A stretch of 64,000 nt of DNA from a bacterium (GTDB lineage: Bacteria > Zhuqueibacterota > Zhuqueibacteria > Residuimicrobiales > Krinioviventaceae): assembly GCA_963675755.2 (NCBI GenBank), contig CAXXMD010000003.1, forward strand, positions 768,001 through 832,000, given 5' to 3'. The notes under the pieces were generated by a model. The model saw only the letters and a list, made by a program, of their open reading frames with translations. It ran no database searches and had not been told where the DNA came from. A program made the translations under genes and the position numbers. The stretch's first letter is position 1. The number at the start of each line of letters is the position of its first letter. Positions 60,305 through 64,000 of this stretch are shown piece after piece.

Positions 60305-61663
60305 TTATTCACTTTTTTTGCCGTCTGCAGATTCTTCAGCAGAATCTTCTTTAGCGGCCTCTTGTTCAGCTTCCTGAGGCTCTTCAACTTCACGCCATCC
60401 TTTTTTCACCTTACTGACTTTGACTTTGCTTTCAAGGAATGCGTAAACTTTTTCTTCTAACAAACGATCTTCAAGATTACGTTTTGCGTTTTCATCATCG
60501 CGGTATTCCTGGGCATGCTGTTTATCATGCTCATTCTCTGATGCTTCCAGCTCTTTAATTTTAGCTTCGATTTCATCTTCAGATACCAAAATGCTTTCCT
60601 GCTCTATGATCTTTTCCCTTAACAGCATCCACTGAATGGTTCTTTCTGCTGTAGGTTTATAATATTCAATCAACTGCTCATCAGTAACTTTTTGATCTTT
60701 ATTGCGCTTTTTAAAATCACCGATCAAGGCACCCAGGTAGTTATTGACCATTGATGGCGGAGCTTCAATTTCAACCTTTTTTACCATTCCATCAACAAGG
60801 TCAGATTCAAATTTTACACGTGCTTCCATTTCTGCCTGAGCAGTAATATTCTTTTTCAAAAGGTCTTTTAATTCTTTTAAATTTTTATATGGGCCTACAT
60901 CCTTGGCAAACTCGTCATCCAAATCCGGAACGCGGCGCTCTTTGATTTCTTTAACAGTCAGCAAGAAATCTTGTTTCTTTTCTTCGCCCTCTTTACCTTC
61001 TTCCTGAGATGGTAATGTCAATGTGATTTTGCGATCCTCTCCTGCCTTGACTCCCAACAACTGTGTAGTGAGCTCAACATTTTCTTTACTCAACCACACT
61101 TGCTGATCAGGGTACTTGCTTCCAACTACCGGAACGCCACCTTCATCAACTTCTTGCAAGTCTGCCAGCAAAAAATTACCCTCTTGAGCTTCACCCTCAA
61201 CAGTATGGACCATTGCCTGCCGTTCGCGAATTTCTTCAAGTGCATTATCAACATCATCTTTTTTGATATCGTAAGTAATTTTCTCAACCTTGACATCGCC
61301 ATACCCTTTTACTTCAAATTCGGGACGGACATCAAATTCAATATTAAAAGTTAAGCCTTTATCGTTGTCAAAGTTCAAATCTGTGATATAAGGCTCATTG
61401 ATTGCATTTTCAAAAGGATTATCTTTAAAGATGGTCTGCCAGGCTTCTGTAATATGAGGACGAAAAGTGTCTTGCTCTATTTCGGCACCAAACATCTTTT
61501 TAACAAGCTGCATAGGCACTTTACCTTTTCGAAACCCACCTATTTTTGCATTAGCCTGATACGCTTTAAAATTCTCATCCAGTTTAGGTTTAATTGAATC
61601 CGGCGGAATTGTAACATCAATAACAGTGTGCCAGTTTTTCCCATTTGTAATATTATAATCCAA
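60305..61663 (-). CDS. tig: Trigger factor
   Basis: GFRKGKVP ribosome-binding motif, LDDEFAK; position upstream of clpP. Confidence 0.93.
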   Translation of the reverse strand: MDYNITNGKNWHTVIDVTIPPDSIKPKLDENFKAYQANAKIGGFRKGKVPMQLVKKMFGAEIEQDTFRPHITEAWQTIFKDNPFENAINEPYITDLNFDNDKGLTFNIEFDVRPEFEVKGYGDVKVEKITYDIKKDDVDNALEEIRERQAMVHTVEGEAQEGNFLLADLQEVDEGGVPVVGSKYPDQQVWLSKENVELTTQLLGVKAGEDRKITLTLPSQEEGKEGEEKKQDFLLTVKEIKERRVPDLDDEFAKDVGPYKNLKELKDLLKKNITAQAEMEARVKFESDLVDGMVKKVEIEAPPSMVNNYLGALIGDFKKRNKDQKVTDEQLIEYYKPTAERTIQWMLLREKIIEQESILVSEDEIEAKIKELEASENEHDKQHAQEYRDDENAKRNLEDRLLEEKVYAFLESKVKVSKVKKGWREVEEPQEAEQEAAKEDSAEESADGKKSE

Positions 61664-61695
61664 TTCGTGAACCTCTTGTATTTAATTTTTTCAAT

Positions 61696-61736
61696 AAAAA
61701 AAATCGACGAACGCAGAAAATCTATCTGTTCGCCGA
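61696..61736 (-). terminator. Probable terminator between tRNA-Leu and tig
   Basis: TCGGCGAAC..GTTCGTCGA imperfect stem followed by U8. Confidence 0.6.
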
Positions 61737-61754
61737 CCGTCTATTCTCTACGCT

Positions 61755-61840
61755 TGGTGCGAGAGGGGGGAGTCGAACCCCCAAGCCCATGGGGCACTAG
61801 ATCCTAAGTCTAGCGCGTCTGCCAGTTTCGCCACTCTCGC
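61755..61840 (-). tRNA. tRNA-Leu (anticodon TAG)
   Basis: GCGAGAG..CTCTCGC-A-CCA acceptor, CTAGA-CTTAGGA-TCTAG anticodon arm, long variable arm, GTTCGA T-loop. Confidence 0.97.
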
Positions 61841-61852
61841 ATACAGATGTTA

Positions 61853-61881
61853 AATATATAAATATTTACAAGTAAAGTCAA
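61853..61881 (-). promoter_or_regulatory. Promoter of tRNA-Leu
   Basis: TTGACT-17nt-TATATT, ending 13 nt upstream of the tRNA 5' end. Confidence 0.75.
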
Positions 61882-62039
61882 TTCTTTTTTGGTATTCATG
61901 AGGACATACAAGGATTCTTGATTGCAGAAATAGAGTGAAAAATATACAATAAAATTCGGTTTTTGCAGATTTTTTTGAATTTTTTTTTATAATCGTGTGT
62001 TATTATGTTCGTCGATTACAAAAAAAACTACAAGAACCT

Positions 62040-62573
62040 ATGACACAAAAAACACTTATAATCTATAGCAGCGGTTACGGTACAACCAAAGAAGTTGCCG
62101 AGACAATTGGAGAATTAATATCAGAAAACAATTCAGCATCTGTTGATTTGCAATTGATTGACTCGCCGCAAGACATTGATGCCTTTGACACTATAATTAT
62201 TGGTACTTCAATAAGGGCCGATAATTTACTGGCAAACACACGTGATTTCATCTCAGCAAACAAATCTCTATTAAAAAACAAAAAACTTGCCATGTTTATC
62301 CTAAGCCTGACTGCGAACTCGAAAGAAGGTCAGGAAAAGATAATTACTACCTATTCTCAGCAATTAAAAGATCATTACCCTGATTTGGACTTTAAAAGCA
62401 TTGCTGCATTTGGTGGTAAAATTGATTTTCAACGTCTCAACCCTGTTATGCAGAGTTTGATATTGCAGGTTTTCAAAAAAACCGGAGTTAGATCTAATGG
62501 CAGTATTGATACACGTAACTGGGACAAAATAAAAATCTGGGCATCCGAATTACAACAAATACTTTTAAATTGA
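62040..62573 (+). CDS. Flavodoxin-domain protein (HemG-like)
   Basis: IIYSSGYGTTKEVAETI FMN loop, IIIGTSI, AFGGKID, DTRNWDKI; start ATG 62040. Confidence 0.85.
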   Translation: MTQKTLIIYSSGYGTTKEVAETIGELISENNSASVDLQLIDSPQDIDAFDTIIIGTSIRADNLLANTRDFISANKSLLKNKKLAMFILSLTANSKEGQEKIITTYSQQLKDHYPDLDFKSIAAFGGKIDFQRLNPVMQSLILQVFKKTGVRSNGSIDTRNWDKIKIWASELQQILLN

Positions 62574-62656
62574 AAAAATGAGTAATTTTTTTCTGGCATT
62601 TTATCTGCAAGATCTATATTTTACTTTTTTCAACTTGTCACTAACAGGAAGAAATA

Positions 62657-63187
62657 ATGGAAATCCTCGTCACTTATAGCAGCGGATACGGGTCAACCAA
62701 AGAGGTTGCAGAAAAAGTAGCTGAAATCTTGTCCCACGAAAACACATTCAAAATCACCACAGATACGATCGATCAAGTTTCAAACATTGATAATTATGAT
62801 GTAATTATTATAGGCAGCTCTGTTAGAGCTGATTTACCTCTGGCAAATGTTAGAGATTTTTTAGCAAGAGAACGTCATGTTTTGCCTCAGAAAAAAGTTG
62901 CTTTTTTTGCTGTTTGCCTTGCAGCCACTTGCATTGACGGAAGAGAAGAAATAAAAAGAGAATTTATCAATCCATTGTTTGAAAAATACCCCGAAATTCA
63001 CTTGATACAATCTGAAGCCTTTGGCGGTAAAATTGATTTTGCCAAGATGAATCCGGTTATGCAGGAAATCACCAAAACCGTCCTTAAACGCAAAGGCTTA
63101 CCTTCAGAGGACAATATTGACACCAGAGATTGGGAATTTATTGAATCCTGGACAAAAATGTTGATTGAGGACCTGAAAGGCAATTAG
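62657..63187 (+). CDS. Flavodoxin-domain protein (HemG-like), tandem paralog
   Basis: VTYSSGYGSTKEVAEKV, AFGGKID, DTRDWEFI. Confidence 0.87.
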   Translation: MEILVTYSSGYGSTKEVAEKVAEILSHENTFKITTDTIDQVSNIDNYDVIIIGSSVRADLPLANVRDFLARERHVLPQKKVAFFAVCLAATCIDGREEIKREFINPLFEKYPEIHLIQSEAFGGKIDFAKMNPVMQEITKTVLKRKGLPSEDNIDTRDWEFIESWTKMLIEDLKGN

Positions 63188-64000
63188 CCTCTCTGTTCAG
63201 GTACAAACAAGTTGGCCTGAGACAACACAAACCCTTTAACTTTATCATCTGCCAGCAATTCTTTGGCTAAGCGCATTGCCTGTTCCATGGATTTTGCGGG
63301 AACCATACCGGTTTTTCTTACCAATTGATCATCCAGTTCAGATACCAGAATTATTGAAACATCCTCAGCTTTACTTTTCAACGAAAGCGCGGTATGGCCG
63401 TTTATTTTATAATCTGTTAACAGTTTTTGTCCAATTGCAGAAGCATTATCCTGTTCAAAATAAGGCATAAACGTAGCAGAACCTGCTCCCTCGTTGCATG
63501 CTGCCGCGGCAATGATTACGCCTCCGGACTTGACTGCCTGATATGCATGAAAAATAGCTTTATGCGATTGTACCAGATTTACATCAGAGGGAAACCCTCC
63601 CGCACCGGCAACCACAATATCTGCTTTTTCATCATAATACACGGTATACAATTCACGGACCTTGGCGCAAACAACACGCTGCGTTTCAAGCACAGGTCCG
63701 GCTTTTGCCATAACAATTTTACCGTCAGTGTCCAGTGCAAATTGCAGCGATGAAATATTGTCAAAAAAGCCCAGGGCTTGCTTTAAATCAAGATAGACAG
63801 GATTAGTATCTATATTACCTTCAGTACAGTCTTTATGATAGGTGCCTGTCGCAGGGTCAATTGTGCGACTGTGGTTTTGCCGTATAGTCTCATAACCCGC
63901 TACTCCGGGCAGCAGCATTTTGGGACCGCCGCCAAAACCGGCAAAATAATGAAAAAGGATACCACCAATTGTTACGATATGATCAGCTTTTACGACTTTA
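63184..64000 (-). CDS. larA: LarA-family nickel-pincer racemase/epimerase (5' end off window)
   Basis: Frame is open to the window edge: FHYFAGFGGGPKMLLPGVAG, AGGFPSDVNLVQSHKA, ACNEGAG. Confidence 0.85.
   Translation of the reverse strand, partial: KVVKADHIVTIGGILFHYFAGFGGGPKMLLPGVAGYETIRQNHSRTIDPATGTYHKDCTEGNIDTNPVYLDLKQALGFFDNISSLQFALDTDGKIVMAKAGPVLETQRVVCAKVRELYTVYYDEKADIVVAGAGGFPSDVNLVQSHKAIFHAYQAVKSGGVIIAAAACNEGAGSATFMPYFEQDNASAIGQKLLTDYKINGHTALSLKSKAEDVSIILVSELDDQLVRKTGMVPAKSMEQAMRLAKELLADDKVKGFVLSQANLFVPEQRG

Noticed and set aside
61755-61840. tRNA-Leu as the integration site of the 49 kb block
   Set aside because: No integrase and no duplicated tRNA 3' end seen; tig-clpP-clpX-engB separate the tRNA from the block
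61963-61993. Poly-T tracts (T7, T9) in a TTGCAG-19-TATAAT spacer as a phase-variable promoter
   Set aside because: Tracts of this length are common in the AT-rich intergenic DNA here; there is no evidence of variation without reads

Overview
Bacterial chromosomal window. Canonical TTGACA/T-17-TAnnnT promoters, strong Shine-Dalgarno (SD) sites, PorV and many FlgD/T9SS-A-like tails suggest an FCB-group organism other than Bacteroidota, e.g. KSB1- or Calditrichota-like (inference). Housekeeping genes lie at both ends: left, ctpA (partial), tmk, MATE, ino1, panD, a PIP-synthase-like CDP-alcohol phosphotransferase, rsmI and DUF2851; right, engB, clpX, clpP, tig, tRNA-Leu(TAG), two HemG-like flavodoxins and larA (partial). 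Between them is a ~49 kb block that looks like an extracellular protein-foraging system in three transcription units: (i) six secreted proteases (2 M6, 3 S8, 1 C25) plus a membrane/SpeE-like/TPR fusion; (ii) a divergent TonB-dependent receptor (TBDR) followed by four paralogous putative lipoproteins; (iii) a TBDR with Ca-loop-like repeats, an FN3 partner, PorV, a split M30-like pseudo-peptidase, a TPR lipoprotein and two non-catalytic secreted proteins. Unit (iii) has a leader with a promoter, a Phe-rich 9-aa uORF (MEYRFFTFG) and an intrinsic terminator, a candidate amino-acid-starvation attenuator. No transposase, integrase, reverse transcriptase or CRISPR array was seen. All family calls come from motif recognition by eye; no database searches were run.
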